Positions 38,013-50,709 of a DNA stretch of 64,000 nucleotides are shown piece after piece (position 1 is the first letter of the stretch; each line of letters opens with the position of its first letter). A program made the position numbers and the translations under genes. The notes beneath the pieces were generated by a model. That model searched no databases and was not told the origin of the DNA. It worked only from the letters and a program-made list of their open reading frames with translations. The DNA lies in contig NW_024704743.1 of NCBI RefSeq assembly GCF_018977255.1, positions 45,448,001-45,512,000 on the forward strand, written 5' to 3'. This DNA comes from Callorhinchus milii (lineage: Eukaryota).

Positions 38013-38381
38013 CTCCTGTAGCTCAGTGGTTAGAGCACTCGCCCCCCAAGTAAGAGACCTGGGTTCGATTCCCAGCAACGCAAAATGTTGGGCAAGTTTC
38101 CTTACTCCATACGCCTCTCTTTTTCTAGCAGTAAGTAGGAACCCGGTTGTTAGTTGATTGGCAGATCGCTTTTCTGGGGTAATAATCCTTTCAAAAAAAT
38201 AATAGTAATTTGGTCACTCAATCCACGACTCTTTGTGGGACACTGCTGTGCGCAATTGGCTGCCTTGTTTCACCCACAAAATATACAGTCAATTCACTTT
38301 ACAATATATTCTGTGAAGTGCTTTGAGATGTCTCGAAGACATGATAAGGTGCTATATCAAATTCAAGGTTTATTATTATTA
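38013..38381 (+). mobile_element. tRNA-derived SINE, long subfamily, full length
   Basis: ctcctgtagctcagtggttagagcactcgcc...gggttcgattccc head through the ttattattattat tail. Confidence 0.92.
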
Positions 38382-39110
38382 TGGCTGGGTTGGTCTGTAA
38401 ATTGGTAGCATAATAGTATTCCCAGCCCACTAATTTTAAATACTGGATTGAGCAAATAATCAATGTGTCATCAGCAAAAAAGCTAAAACCACTTTTAATA
38501 TTCATAATATCAATCAATGTCAAACAAGCTTCCCCAGGTGACACAGTCTGAACCATAACAGACTTCACCATCGCCAAAATGTGCATTAGCTTCTCTACTG
38601 CTTCATTTGGGAAAGCCACCGTCACTTAACTGAAACTCCATACAGATGTGTAAATTCTCTGTACAATACCCAGTCTGCACTAAATTAACCACAGCTGAGA
38701 CAGTGGGAGGGTTACCTTAGTTGACCTCATTCTGCTTGGGCTTCCTAATTGCTAACCGGTCGTTTCTGCTAGGAAGTGTGTGTGTGTATACTTTGGGTGA
38801 GAGCCAAATTGGCTATATCTTTGATTTCCTCTTTCCTTGAAGTCATATTGCCTGCTGTTATTTACTGCTTAGGATATTTGGATAAAGTGTTAAAGGGTTA
38901 CTCATGCCTGAGTAACAGAGTCACCATCCCCTTCAGGAACGGAAGGGAAAGCTAAACAGTATGCGTCAAGGTTCTGCAATTAATAAAAGTGATTCAAAGC
39001 TCTCAGTAAGATTTTTTTCAATTTGGTTTGTGAGTACACTTGAGTAATGATTGAATGCTGAGTTTTTAGAGTCTGCATTTGATCATTTTACCCAAGGTAT
39101 GATGACATAC

Positions 39111-39221
39111 CTTTTTAAGCTCTGCTTTCAAGTTGCAGGGATTGCTCTGTGGACTGAATAACGACTTCTTAAATCTCTCAATAACACTTTTTCTAAAGTT
39201 GTGGTGTAAAGTAGGTGGAAG
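39111..39221 (-). CDS. NEK10: NEK10 coding exon: LPPTLHHNFRKSVIERFKKSLFSPQSNPCNLKAELKK
   Basis: Inside ORF 39066..39329; ttttcacag acceptor, AAG|gtatgt donor; 111 nt, phase 0 to 0. Matches recalled human LPPALHHNLKRRVIERFKKSLFSQQSNPCNLKSEIKK. Confidence 0.96.
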
Positions 39222-39534
39222 CTGTGAAAAAAGGAAAATCAAATTGCTTGAAATGTGAGGGAACTTTTCATTTACACTATTAATCATTGTGCCACCAACA
39301 AATGTAACTAGCTGGAATATTTCATTCATATCACAAAGAACTTAATAACAGCAACCTCTGCAACCATTGACTGCTCCCACAGAACTCGAACTAACAGCTT
39401 CAGAAATATATATTTTTTAATATTATAAGGTTATGGCAAGCTGGCAAGCAAGTCGTTAAAATTAACTCTAATACATTATATTAAAATCAGTGCGTCTGCC
39501 CTATGTTGGGATTTTGAGTTCACTCTGATGCAGT

Positions 39535-40085
39535 GATTTTGACATGGATGCAGTGCTGGGGGTGTGCTGTGTTGTTGGAAGTGCCATCCTTCAAATGAAA
39601 TGTTAAACTCAGGCCCAGTAGTACCCCAACGCACACTCTGGGATCCCCAAGCCTTGGCTCTTGCCAACCTGCGCCTCATACTTTCTGGAATTAGGTAAGT
39701 AGGATGTGTCCTTCCAGGGAGAGAGTGTGGATACCATTCCAACAATCTGACTCTGTGATTTCCATGTGTAAGTGGGATGTGTGGAAATCTCAGTTTGGTT
39801 TGGATACTCTTAAGGATGGTGAGTGTTTTCCGCATGTGTCAGACACCCGGCTGACCAAAACAAAGATCCCATAACACTGCTCGAAAAGAGAAGGGAGTTT
39901 CTCTTGGTGCCCTGGCCAATGATCCCCCAAATAAAGTTGGTCAGTCACTCATGGCTGTTTTAGGGACCTTGCTCTGGGTAAATTGCTGCAACATTTGCCC
40001 ACAAAATCCAGCTCCACCACTTTACAGAATGTCTTGTGAATCATTTTGAGACATCTCGACAACCCTTTATCAAATGCAAGGATTT
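39535..40085 (+). mobile_element. Older Deu-domain SINE split by an unclassified repeat fragment (39617-39862)
   Basis: Deu core aaatgttaaactcaggccc| ... |aaagatcccataacactgc resumes after the insert. Confidence 0.72.
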
Positions 40086-40594
40086 TTATATTAAATAAAA
40101 ATAAATATTTTTGCAAAATAAGCTTGAAGTTTGACAATATTATATTCAAAGCTTTGCTTTTAAAGGTATTGTCCATTTGATGATTGATAATTTTTAAAAA
40201 GGTCACCCTTATTTTGCAGTTATTGGAATCCAAATATTTAACATGTTAATGAAATCCATGCTTTTCTCAACATCATAGAAAAAAATTAACAGGCATCTTG
40301 TTTAATACAGCAATGGGAATAATAAACCAGCATCACTCATATGTTGTGATTCTCAATGCCTCCCAATGTGCCTGCTACTAAGGAACATCACGACCAACCC
40401 TCAGTATGCACAATCTGTAACCACTTTCGGCCTTGAATTCCTTAACTGTCACTTACTACAAAGTACAAATAAAACCACTTCATTGAACCAATTTTGAACA
40501 TTCCAAAGTTAACTATAGACTTATTACTAATGCAATAAATACAGAGCACCATCTTTTCTAAAAACAAATGGTCTCTAACATATTCGATTCATTT

Positions 40595-42006
40595 CAAACC
40601 TTCCTTTTCTATCAAAGATCATGGAACGAGTCGTTGCTTCCCAGCTTCGCTCTTTCCTCTCCCAGCATTCCCTCCATGAACCCTCCAATCTGGGTTTTGT
40701 GCTGCTCACAGCACAGACCGAAATGGTCAAAGTGACAAATGATTCTGTCCACCTGCAACCAGGGCTCTCTCTGTCTCCTCGTCCTTCTCGACCTCTTGCC
40801 CGCTTTTGTTACTGTTGACCACTCTTTTCTTCTCCATCGCGTATCCTCTCACCTCCACCTCAATGGTTCTGTTCATAACTGGTTCCAATCCTACCTTTCC
40901 CACCGCCTGCAGTTCATGGCCACCAACGGCTTCTCCTCTAGCCCCCTCGCTATCACGTGGGGCAGCCCTGTCCTCGGTCCCTTCTTCTTCAATCTATACA
41001 TGCTCCCGCTCAGCGATGTCATCCGCAGGCATGGGGTCAATTTCCACATGTATGCGGATGACACCCAACTCTATCTCACCGCCTCCACCCTCGACTCCAG
41101 GCCTGTTGATGTCCTGGCTAATTGTCTGTCTGACATCAAGTCTTGAACGGGAGCCAACTTCCTCCAGCTCAGTGTTGGCAAGACAGAGACCCTCCTGCTT
41201 GGCTCCCGGCAGCGCCTCCTCACATCAGTCACTGACACTATCAGCATTCATGGCTGCACTATTCAGCTCACCGAGCCAATCCAAAACCTTGGTGTCCTTT
41301 TCGACCCTCAGCTATCCTTCAAACCCCACATTCGTGCCGTGACTCGTTCTGCCTTTCCACGCCTCCACAACATTGGTCGCCTCCGCCACTGCCTCTCATC
41401 ACAGGCCGCCGAGACCCTGATCCACGCTTTCATTATGTCCCGGCTTGACTACACCAACTGCCTGACTTCCCAACTCATTCCTACACAAGCTGCAGATTAT
41501 TCAGAAGTCAGCAGCTCATATCCTCGCCCCCACCAGGCTCCGGGAACCTATCGCCCCTGTTCTTGCCCAGTTTCACTGGATCCCCATTCATCAGAGAATC
41601 GAGTACAAAACCCTCGTTCTTACCTTCAAGGCCCTCCACAGTCTTGCTCCTCCCTATCTTTCCGACCTCATAACCCTATATCAGCCTGTCTGGTCCCTCC
41701 ACTCGGCGGACACTGGTCTGCTTCAGCCCCACACTTCCCGCCCCGCCATTGGTGGTCGGGCATTCAGCATCTCTGCCCCTACACTCTGGAACTCTATCCG
41801 ACAATCCCTGCACCTCACCCTCTCCTTGCATCCTTCAAGTCCCATCTGAAGAACTTCCACTTTGACCTGGCCCTCAGCCACCATCCCACCCCCACTGCCC
41901 TCCTCCCCTTCTGACTTCAACTCCTAGCTCCAACTCCTGAATGTCCAGTGCCCTGGGACGTCTTTCCGACGTGAAGGGCTCTATACAAGTGTAATTTGTT
42001 GTTGTT
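40595..42006 (+). mobile_element. L2-clade LINE, 5'-truncated; degenerate reverse transcriptase to (TTG)n 3' tail
   Basis: Frameshifted RT motifs LVLLDLLPAFVTVDH, SPVLGPFFFNLYM, FHMYADDTQLY and AETLIHAFIMSRLDY, then the 3' stem-loop tail. Confidence 0.93.
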
Positions 42007-42499
42007 CTTCATTAAATTGTTTGTCTAGAATATAGGGAAAGGGAAACTGAAAAGACACATATTAAAGCCTTTATTAGTTACAACCTTACAAACCTCCCAG
42101 TGTGGATCCAGAAAAAAACATTTGACACAAGACCAGTAAATAATTTATACTGCTAAAGCTATTAAATCTAAAATAATAAAATTAATTGCAAGATAATTTC
42201 ATAACAGGGCAGAAAAGTGCTTTACACCAAAAAAATGTTGTATACATTCCGTTCATATTTTCTGCAGATGATATTCAATTGGGAATAAAATGACAATTTG
42301 TTTCAAGCTCAGTGCCATAAATCATGCGGTTATTAACCACATTAAATTTAGGTTGTGCTTTTTAGAAACTGAAACCAATGGAATAGCATTTACTCAAAAT
42401 GAATGCTGGCCAGATGTAAATTTAACAGCAATGAATAATAAACACTAATGTGAGAGAAATGTAATGAATCATATTAATTGGAATATATAATTTACAAAC

Positions 42500-42600
42500 C
42501 TGGGTAATGTAGATAATTTTATGAAGCTGAATGAGAATCTGTTGGATAGGGTCACTGATTTGACGTACTTTCCTTTGCGACACTGCTATTCCTGCTGATG
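42500..42600 (-). CDS. NEK10: NEK10 coding exon: (A)SAGIAVSQRKVRQISDPIQQILIQLHKIIYITQ
   Basis: tcatttacag|CA acceptor, CAG|gtttgt donor; 101 nt, phase 1 to 0. Peptide matches the human NEK10 sequence as I recall it. Confidence 0.96.
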
Positions 42601-42882
42601 CTGTAAATGAGAATCATATAAGATAAACTGTCAACTTCGGTTTCTTCATATGAATATATAATGGTCACACAATCAGATTTCAACTCAAAACTAAGTGTTT
42701 TGAGGGAAGCACACAAGGGGTGATATGAATATAATGACTTATTTTAATTAAAGGAAAGGAATCAAGTTGTATTACATTTCTAGAAGTCGTTTTACCTTGT
42801 AAATACCAGCACAATACTACCCTGAAAGGGATAGTTTGTACTTTCCACAAAAACTCATCAATCAGCCCCAAACTCTTATCTA

Positions 42883-43257
42883 GTGTCCGGTAGCTTAGTG
42901 GTTAGAGGAGGACAAGGCAAGCAAAGGACCTGGGTTTGATTCCCGGACAGGGTGAAAGATTAGGCAGGTTTCCTTACTCCACACGCCTCTGTTTACCTAG
43001 CAGTAAGTAGGAACCCGGCTGTTAGTCGATTAGCGGATCACTTTTCCAGCGATAATAATCCCTTCAAAAAAAATAATAATAATAATAATTTGGTCACGAA
43101 TGTTTGTGGGACACTGCTATGTGCAATTCGCTCCTGCCTTTCACCCATAAAATATACAGTCAATTCACTTTACAATATTGTCTGTGAAGCATTTCAGACA
43201 TCTTGAAGACGTGATAAGGCTCTATATCAAATGCAAGGATTATAATTATTATTATTA
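42883..43257 (+). mobile_element. tRNA-derived SINE, long subfamily
   Basis: Diverged head gtccggtagcttagtggttagagg, intact central segment, and tail. Confidence 0.9.
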
Positions 43258-43719
43258 TCCGTCCCCTGATATTATGAACAGTTATTTGTGTACTTTTTTT
43301 GAATACATTGATATAATTTTTGCAAAAAATAATGTATCATTGCTTTTGCTTTTTTTTAAACACCACTTATTATCATTTATAATTTGTTAATGGACTCTTC
43401 ACATATTCACAAGAGAGATTCAGATGAAGTTTTTACCAATGATGACATTTAAAAAAGGATCTACTACATATTTGATCACATCCTTCCAAAATACCATTTG
43501 CATCATCTTCCCAATACAGCATCAAGTTATTTGTAAAATGAGTCCAGTAACATGGCTTTAGCCATCCTTCCTGGTAACCCATTCCAGTTGTTGATTACCT
43601 TCTGTATAAAGAAGAACCTCCTAGCTTCCTCTTACATGTCCTAAAATTTCCTTTTACAACTCTGAACATGTGCTTACATAGGTAATGTAATTATTCTGTA
43701 CTATCCACAGATAACATGG

Positions 43720-44023
43720 AGTCCTGTAGCTCAGTGTTTAAAGCAGTCGCCTTGCAAGCAAGAGACCTGGGTATAATTCCCAGCAGGGCGAAACCTAGGA
43801 TTTCCTTGCTCCACATGCCCGAAAATAATCCCTCAAGAAAAAAAAACATTAATAAATTGGTCACTTCAATCCATGACTGTTTGTGGGACACTTCTGTGCG
43901 CAACTGGCTGCCACGTTTTGCCCACAAATACACAGTCAATTCACTTTACAGTATATTCTGTTAAGCGAATTTGAGACATCTAGGAGACGTGAAAAACGCT
44001 ATATCAAATGCAAGGATTATTAT
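43720..44023 (+). mobile_element. tRNA-derived SINE, short subfamily, full length
   Basis: gagtcctgtagctcagtg head; central segment absent; tail present. Confidence 0.9.
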
Positions 44024-44318
44024 TTTATTATAAACTTTAAAAGTAAAGCTAAAACAGCTAGGAACCTCCACTTCAGCTAAAACTACAATTTTAGTTAAGG
44101 AGAATTGATATTGCCTGTGCACTAGGTTCTCGCACTTGATGTTCAGTCACACCATGACTCGAGACTCGACTGTACTTGGAGATGGCCTCATGAGCTTCAA
44201 AGCCACACCTGGGTATGATAGTTCACAGCTGATTCAGGCATTGAGCATCAGGAGGCTTGGGATACTGCGTGTGATCGGCTGCTGTGGAGGTAGCGATGAC
44301 CCAATGCCGGTCACGCGC

Positions 44319-44398
44319 AGTAGTAGTAATAGTAGTAGTAATAATAGTAGTAGTAGTTGTAGTAGGAGTAGTTGTAGTAATAGTAGTAATAGTAGTAG
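44319..44398 (+). repeat. Imperfect (TAG)n microsatellite
   Basis: agtagtagtaatagtagtagtaataatagtag... Confidence 0.9.
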
Positions 44399-45223
44399 AA
44401 TTTATAACAAAGGATAAGATCAGGATCCTCTCAGCTGCAGGAAACTGAATCTACTCTTACTGTAGCTGGGATTGTTCACTTGTGTTTATCAAGTGAAAGA
44501 AGTCCAAGATATTAGAATTATTAACAAAAGTATTTCCTTGATTTTTTTTACATATAACTAATTACCTCCCAGTCCCATTTGAGGAACACTAAAAAGCGAT
44601 TGGCTTATTGTACTCCAAGACACTATCTTGCATGAAGGGCACAATATAAATGCAAAGTTGTTGTCATTGCACCTAATGGCCTTTTCCAGTTCCCACTTTC
44701 ACTATTCCACAGCCCTGTACTTAGAGTGCACGTTTGCTTTTCTGAAGCTGAGAGCATAACGCAACATCATTGCTAGTAAACTCTACGTTACCATGATGCT
44801 GCTTCATCTAAACAAATAATAAAAAGTATTATTTACCCCCAAAAGCTGCATACTCGTTTTGTGTATTATGAACTTTGTTCTTTAGATAATAACACTATGA
44901 ATCTCTCACTTTATGTTTTCCCTGTACAATCTCCCTAATTCTATTTCCCTTTCCTGAAATCTCATATAACTACCATGATCCTTCAGTCTCCGAAGCATTA
45001 CATCTGGCAGACTATGACATTGCCACCCTGCACTGAAGGAATTTGTTGTTCTCTTGGAGTGAGCTCTGATCCCACCTGAAGGCAATGGCAGCAGTAAACC
45101 TAGTGGTAGGAGGTCTAAACAAGCAAGACAAAGAAAAATACCAAGGCATCACTCCACAAATGACAATCAACAAATCTAATAAATCAAAGAATTGCTTTAG
45201 AATAAATGTGGTTTATTCAGTAC

Positions 45224-45267
45224 CTGGTCTTGCCTTGGTATTTGATCTCCCTGACTTTTCTCCAGGT
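45224..45267 (-). CDS. NEK10: NEK10 small coding exon: (G)PGEKSGRSNTKARP(A)
   Basis: ttccttttcag|A acceptor, CCA G|gtactg donor; 44 nt, phase 2 to 1, which bridges the neighbouring exons exactly. Ends ARP, like human SRPRP. Confidence 0.82.
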
Positions 45268-46388
45268 CTGAAAAGGAATTGCAGTTAGAATTACAGAATC
45301 ATAGAAATTTACAGCACAGAAGGAGGTCATTCAATCTGTGAAGTCTGTCCTGGCTGTCAGAGCAAGCTGTCCATTCATTCTCACTGCCCTGCTCACGCGC
45401 CTTCAAGCCTGTAACTTTTATGTGTCTTGTCTCTTTCCTTCTTGAAACCCACAATGGACTCTGTCTTTACCATCTTACTTGCCACGGCATTTCACATCCC
45501 AACAATTTTGTGTGAAAAAAAATCTCCTAAACTCGCTTTTCAATCTTCTTGTGGTTATGCCTTTAAGAGTTTTTGTTTAGCTCAGAAGCCACCCTGTCAG
45601 TGCTGGAAGCCAGGTGTACTGTACTTCTTGTTACCAAGGATCCACAGGATTATATGCAAGCCAGAGCTATTTGGAGGGTGTGTTATAACAGGGGGTCCCT
45701 TTATTGGTTATGTATTGACCTGGAAGAAATTCCCACTGGAGAAAACAGCTAACCACACATATTATTGGAAGGTGGTTTGGAAGAAAATTTATTTTTGCCA
45801 CTGCAGCACGAAATGTGAACAGAACCAATCATGTCCAAATCTATAGAAAAGACCGCACAAGAAAAAAACAATGATTTTCTTTCTTAAAAGAGTTTCTATT
45901 TTGCTTGTATCCAGGAATCACTATTGAGGCACAACCCACAGCCTCAACCCACAGAACACAAGAGACATTGTATCATAGAAGAAAGAATTTGGTTCATAGA
46001 AGAAAAGCAGCAATTCACAATGACCATCAGATTATCAGAAACAAATCCTCATGGGGCGAAGTTGGAAAGTAAACTAAAAGCAGATGACACATGAAAACAG
46101 ATGACAAAATACAGTAGAAAATTTCACTTTCAATGTAAATCTGTAGGAGGGCAAAACAAAAAGTTATATCTTAAAACAAAAAAAAACCCAGAAATAGTGC
46201 AAGGTCTTTCTGGATTGGGGAAGAGAAGAACTGTTTTTCTATTTATGTACAAAAAAATATTCTGGACAATTCTATTTATTAAGAAAAGCATATCCCTCTC
46301 TTCTGTAAAGCTTGCAGTCGAAAAGACTGCATGAATCCTGTGTGCATCAGTAGACCAACACCTGAACCAGAATGGGCAGACTACTTAC

Positions 46389-46443
46389 CCAGACTGATGC
46401 TGACTCTCTGTGCCAATAGTACTAATGCTTCTTGGCAAAGTGG
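46389..46443 (-). CDS. NEK10: NEK10 coding exon: (A)TLPRSISTIGTESQHQS(G)
   Basis: ttttttttcttaacag|CC acceptor, TCT GG|gtaagt donor; 55 nt, phase 1 to 2. Aligns with recalled human ILKRSFSASGGERQSQTR. Confidence 0.85.
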
Positions 46444-47483
46444 CTGTTAAGAAAAAAAAATGAAAAGTGAGTAATTGCACGTCTGCAGACTGACAGGTTA
46501 TATATTGTTTTACATAATGAATGACTTAGTTTGTCTTTGATAACAAATAATCAGATCAGGTTGGAGTATTAACACATAACTCAAAGTGCATTATACCCAT
46601 GGCTCAAAGATAAATCAGATCATCACAAATACATCTTTAATTTAAATAATAAAAGGTGATGTGCTGAATATACAAGGCTATCAACATCACCCCAAACAGA
46701 TCAGCACTTTAATTGGAATGCTGAATGTTTTACACAAGGCATATTTTCCAATTTTTCCATTAATCTCTCTTAATGTAATTTACTATTTTTAACATCAGTT
46801 GGTTATGGACAATTCTTGGGAAATTGTTGTTGTATAAAGTGAAAGAATTGTATGATAAAATCTATTCCGCACCATTTTTGGCAAATTGCGTTGCAAAATA
46901 AAAACATTTTGGTGTCCAGACCGATTTGCCTGTATCCTGCCTCTCACCATTTGGTTCAATGCATTGAACTTCAAATGAATCCATCAAAAAAGTATAGGTA
47001 TCAATAATATTAATTGCATTCGATGGAATGGATTACAAAAAAACATCAAAAGTATGTTCTGACTGTTGGTCTTTTTTAATTGTTCTTTAACATTGCACAA
47101 TACAATTCCATCATAAATGCTTTGTTGTAACCTGGGTTTATTTACACTGCAACTGGGGTCTGCACCCTAACATTTACCAACCAAAATATAAAAAATTTAT
47201 GCAGAAATTCATGTGCTAATTGACTGCCATGTTTGCCCACAAAATACGATCACTCCACATTAAAATAGTGTGAAGCCCATTTCGATGTCTCTTGACCTGA
47301 AAGGTGCTAACTAAAATGTAAGGATTATTATTAGCAGTAGAGTGACTGGGGAGAGAAGGAGAGACCTGATATTGAACATTAAAAACAGATGTCGCCATAG
47401 AAGAATTATTTCTAGCAGTCATCATTAAATTAGACCCAATATAAGTTTAGGCGGTTGAATTATTTGCAAACATCATCATAATT

Positions 47484-47805
47484 CCTGTAGCTGTAGCTCA
47501 GTGGTTAGAGCACTCGCTTTGCAAGCGACAGACGTGAGTTCAATTCCAGGCAGGGCGAAACCTTGGGCAAGTTTCCTTACTCCACACGCCTCATAATAAT
47601 CCCTCCAAAACCAAAAACAATAATAAATTGGTAATTTTCAATCTACGACTGTTTGTGGGACATTGCTGTGCGCAATTGACTGCCGCGTTCGCCCACAGAT
47701 ATACAGTCAATTCACTCTACAGTGTGTTCTGTGAAGCGCTTTGGGACGTCCTCCCGACCTGAAACGCGCTATATCAAATGCAAGGATTATTATTATTATT
47801 GTATT
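47484..47805 (+). mobile_element. tRNA-derived SINE, short subfamily, full length
   Basis: Head carries a small tgtagc duplication; central segment absent; tail gggacgtcctcccgacctgaaacgcgctatatc...(TTA)n. Confidence 0.92.
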
Positions 47806-47819
47806 ATTATAATTCATGA

Positions 47820-48160
47820 ATATGAGCTCAGTCCATGCCGATACTCCATTGCATTGCTGGGGGAGTGCTGCATTGTCAGAGGTGCCATCCTTTGGATGAC
47901 TCTGCCTGTTAAGGTGGAAGTTAAAGATGCCACGGCACTATTTCAAAAAACAAGTAGTTTCTCCCAGTGACCTGGCCAACAGTCATCCAGGTAAACTTGT
48001 CATTCACTTTGTGGGTGTTTGTGCAACATTGCTGTATGCAAATTGGCTGCTGTATTCACCTAAAGATACACAATCATCTTACAATAAAATCCTATGAAGC
48101 AGTTTGAGATGTTTTGATAATGTGATAACGCACTATATCAAATGCAAGAATTATTATTAT
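47820..48160 (+). mobile_element. Older Deu-domain SINE
   Basis: gagtgctgcattgtcagaggtgccatcctttggatga...gttaaagatgccacggcactattt, with tail. Confidence 0.78.
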
Positions 48161-48546
48161 GAAAAGCAAAACTTAAGCTATCTTTAAAGAGTGACATGCT
48201 GATAGTGTATCGTAAATAATGTTATTCACAGTATCTGTAATTTAGGAGGCAAGCAAGATTGGTGTCTGACTGGTTTCTATGCTGTACTAAGTATTATCGA
48301 GAGACCACCTGTATAATACATCTGACTATTATTAATAATTATTTTGTGAACTATTCCTCCAAGCCTTACAGAAGTTTTAGATTATGTATCATATTGCACA
48401 TAGTTAAAACTCATGTCAATTTTATAAATCTGATGTATACTTTGTTTCCATTTCATTAAACATGTTAAAAGATCTTAGAGACTCATCAAATCCAAATACT
48501 GCACTCAGCAGTGCAATAGCCAGATGAAAATGAAAAAGGAATCTAC

Positions 48547-48678
48547 CTGTTATGTCAAGGCAGTCAGAGTTTCCGAGGGAATGAGAGTGAAAATTGTGGC
48601 TGAATTGGACTACTCCTGGTCTGGATGATGACTGAGTGGATTGTCCCTGACTCAACAAGTTAGAGGAAGAATCATGAC
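48547..48678 (-). CDS. NEK10: Probable additional or cassette NEK10 exon: (S)HDSSSNLLSQGQSTQSSSRPGVVQFSHNFHSHSLGNSDCLDIT
   Basis: ttccttttctag|GT acceptor, ACA G|gtagat donor; 132 nt, open, phase 1 to 1, so it fits between the neighbouring exons. Ser-rich like the flanking linker. I recall no counterpart in the human protein. Confidence 0.65.
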
Positions 48679-49454
48679 CTAGAAAAGGAAACATTAAGCT
48701 AGCACACAAGATTGTTGATGTGATTAACAGTGTATTAGTTAACTGCTAAAAGATTCATAAAAACGTTTACGAAATATCACTGTAATATTTTAAAGAAAAG
48801 GTCAATATATTTTTAAAAATCAATGATATACAAAAGAATCCCATTTTAACACACTTCATTTTACCACAGGTTTGCTTCAAAGAGTGTGGACCTGTGGACT
48901 CCAACGTTTATATAGCAAAAAAAATGAGTACTGATAGCTTTGCTGGCTCACTTCAAATGTTGGTTGGCTTCTCATGCATTAAAAAATGGTCGACTATGTC
49001 ATCAAGTTACTAATGACGCTGCACATGTGATTTTAGCCTTCTAAGGAGGACAGTCCTTTACAATGTAGTTCCAGTGTACTACCAGCAACATTGCTAATTA
49101 AGAAACACAACTCCTTTAAATTTGACATTTCAGGATTATCTTCATTTGTTTTTAGTATGGATGTGACAAAACTGCTCAATTGCTAAAATAGATTTTGACT
49201 TTGTTCTATATTTAGCTAACTGTTCAACATGGATTTTAAACAATATCTCTGCATATTTATTGATTTATGTCTGTAAGATTTAGTCAATATACCAATGTTG
49301 AAATCTGTCAGCTAATTGATTTTAAATGATGAAACTTAAGGTTTCCCAAATGGTTTGACATTAAGCTATAAATAGATAGAAAGGACAAGGCCCAGAGATT
49401 AATCATCCAATCTAGGGAGAATGCGGCCATTCTACCTCCCACCCAAGCTTTGCA

Positions 49455-49730
49455 GCCCAGAAATTCATAGGTTTGATTCCCGATGCTGAGTTAGGTGATC
49501 TTACTTGGCAACCTGAGCTAAGAAGGGGGAAATGTCAGGTATCAGCTGGTGCCTCCCTGTGCATCAATGTAGAGTGCGAATAGGACCACACTAAGACATT
49601 TTGCTTTGTACTTGATTAGCCTGTTGACACACACTAAGTCGTCTCCTACATGAAGAATGAGCACAGCCTTGTGGAACTAAAGCCTGGAAGAGTCAGCAGA
49701 AGAGGAGTTGCGGAGAAAAATGAAGGAAAT
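49455..49730 (+). mobile_element. Old SINE-like repeat of a third family; related diverged copy at ~38655-38950
   Basis: B-box-like ggtttgattccc followed by gctgagttaggtgatct; shares ...attagcctgttgacacacact...agagtca(g/c)c motifs with the 38.7 kb region. Confidence 0.4.
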
Positions 49731-50221
49731 CAGCTAAAAAGATTGCAACTCTCAAAGTTAATTTGTCATCAAAAATAAGATAAGTGGTGTTATCATGTTC
49801 TGCTTGTTTAGTTTTGCCTAGATTTTAGTGGAGATAATGGGAGAGAAATTCTACCCAGTTCTAGATTTACTCGACTAATGTAACATTTCAGAGCAACCAG
49901 AATCCAGTCTTAACTTTGAAGTCCGTTAAACCGTATTTAAGAATTTGCCAAATTCTGGACTCTCTGAAGTCCTACACAAACGAGAGTGAATCTGGACTGA
50001 GGTAGAATATTTTTCCATGTATGTTTAGAATAGTACGGACATGCAAATATCCCATCAGCTTCTAGTTTAGAAAACGCAAACACAATAACATTACATTTCC
50101 TTGAAATATATATTCTGTTTGGTCCTGATGTTAGAAATTCCCACATACATTTAGTACAATAAATTAATAGACAATCACCCTTAGATGGTACTAATTATTT
50201 TATCACATGCCTATTACTTAC

Positions 50222-50308
50222 TCAAGGTTGAATATTTTGTGGGGCTAGGGCTGGAGCTGTTGGAGTGATCTGATGTGTCCAAGTCATCATCCATTTCAGA
50301 ACAGACAT
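50222..50308 (-). CDS. NEK10: NEK10 coding exon: (D)VCSEMDDDLDTSDHSNSSSPSPTKYSTL
   Basis: gagttcag|AT acceptor, TTG A|gtaagt donor; 87 nt, phase 1 to 1. Aligns with recalled human DTYSEVDDELDISDNSSSSSSSPLKESTF. Confidence 0.9.
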   Translation of the reverse strand: MSVLKWMMTWTHQITPTAPALAPQNIQP

Positions 50309-50709
50309 CTGAACTCAAAAGAGAAGTTCACCAATCTTAGAATTTCAGTTAAACTGAGGGACATGATGATATTTTACAGCTCATTCATTTACTTGTACAG
50401 ACTTCCATAATCAAACAAGTAATTCTTTTACAGGTTCTAATGTGACAAAGTGTGTAGATATGTGAATTTATCCCAAGAGAGAATATTAATATATGAATTA
50501 CCTATTGCACTATTAATATCCTAGTGATTGTTCACAAACGGCCTGAAATTTTATTTGGCAGTCCATGGGGTGTGTCATGATATTACATTCCCCAAATTTA
50601 GTTGCATCTGTTATACTTTTTCTGTATTAAATAACATTTATGATAATTTGGATGTTTTGTTAGTCATAATTTCTATTCATGCACTGATGTCAAGAAACCT
50701 TTACTATAC

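Noticed and set aside
38013..38085. tRNA-like sequences (gtagctcagtggttagagc...ggttcgattccc) at many positions
   Set aside because: Each continues into the SINE body and tail and lacks a proper acceptor stem; these are SINE heads, not tRNA genes.
40621..41914. Long overlapping ORFs (135-191 aa) suggesting an intact gene
   Set aside because: Frameshifted, stop-containing L2 reverse-transcriptase relic lacking the endonuclease and 5' end; not functional.
44136..44417. 93-aa ORF with a poly-Ser tail
   Set aside because: The Ser run is the (TAG)n microsatellite read as AGT; it is antisense within a NEK10 intron and has no coding signature.
46954..46969. Perfect 16-bp palindrome gttcaatgcattgaac
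   Set aside because: About one 8-bp-arm palindrome is expected by chance in 64 kb, and there is no supporting context.
49937..49972. Acceptor-like tttgtgtag in the NEK10 linker region
   Set aside because: In-frame stop soon after it in the required phase; the region also resembles 4125-4185, so it is repeat-derived.
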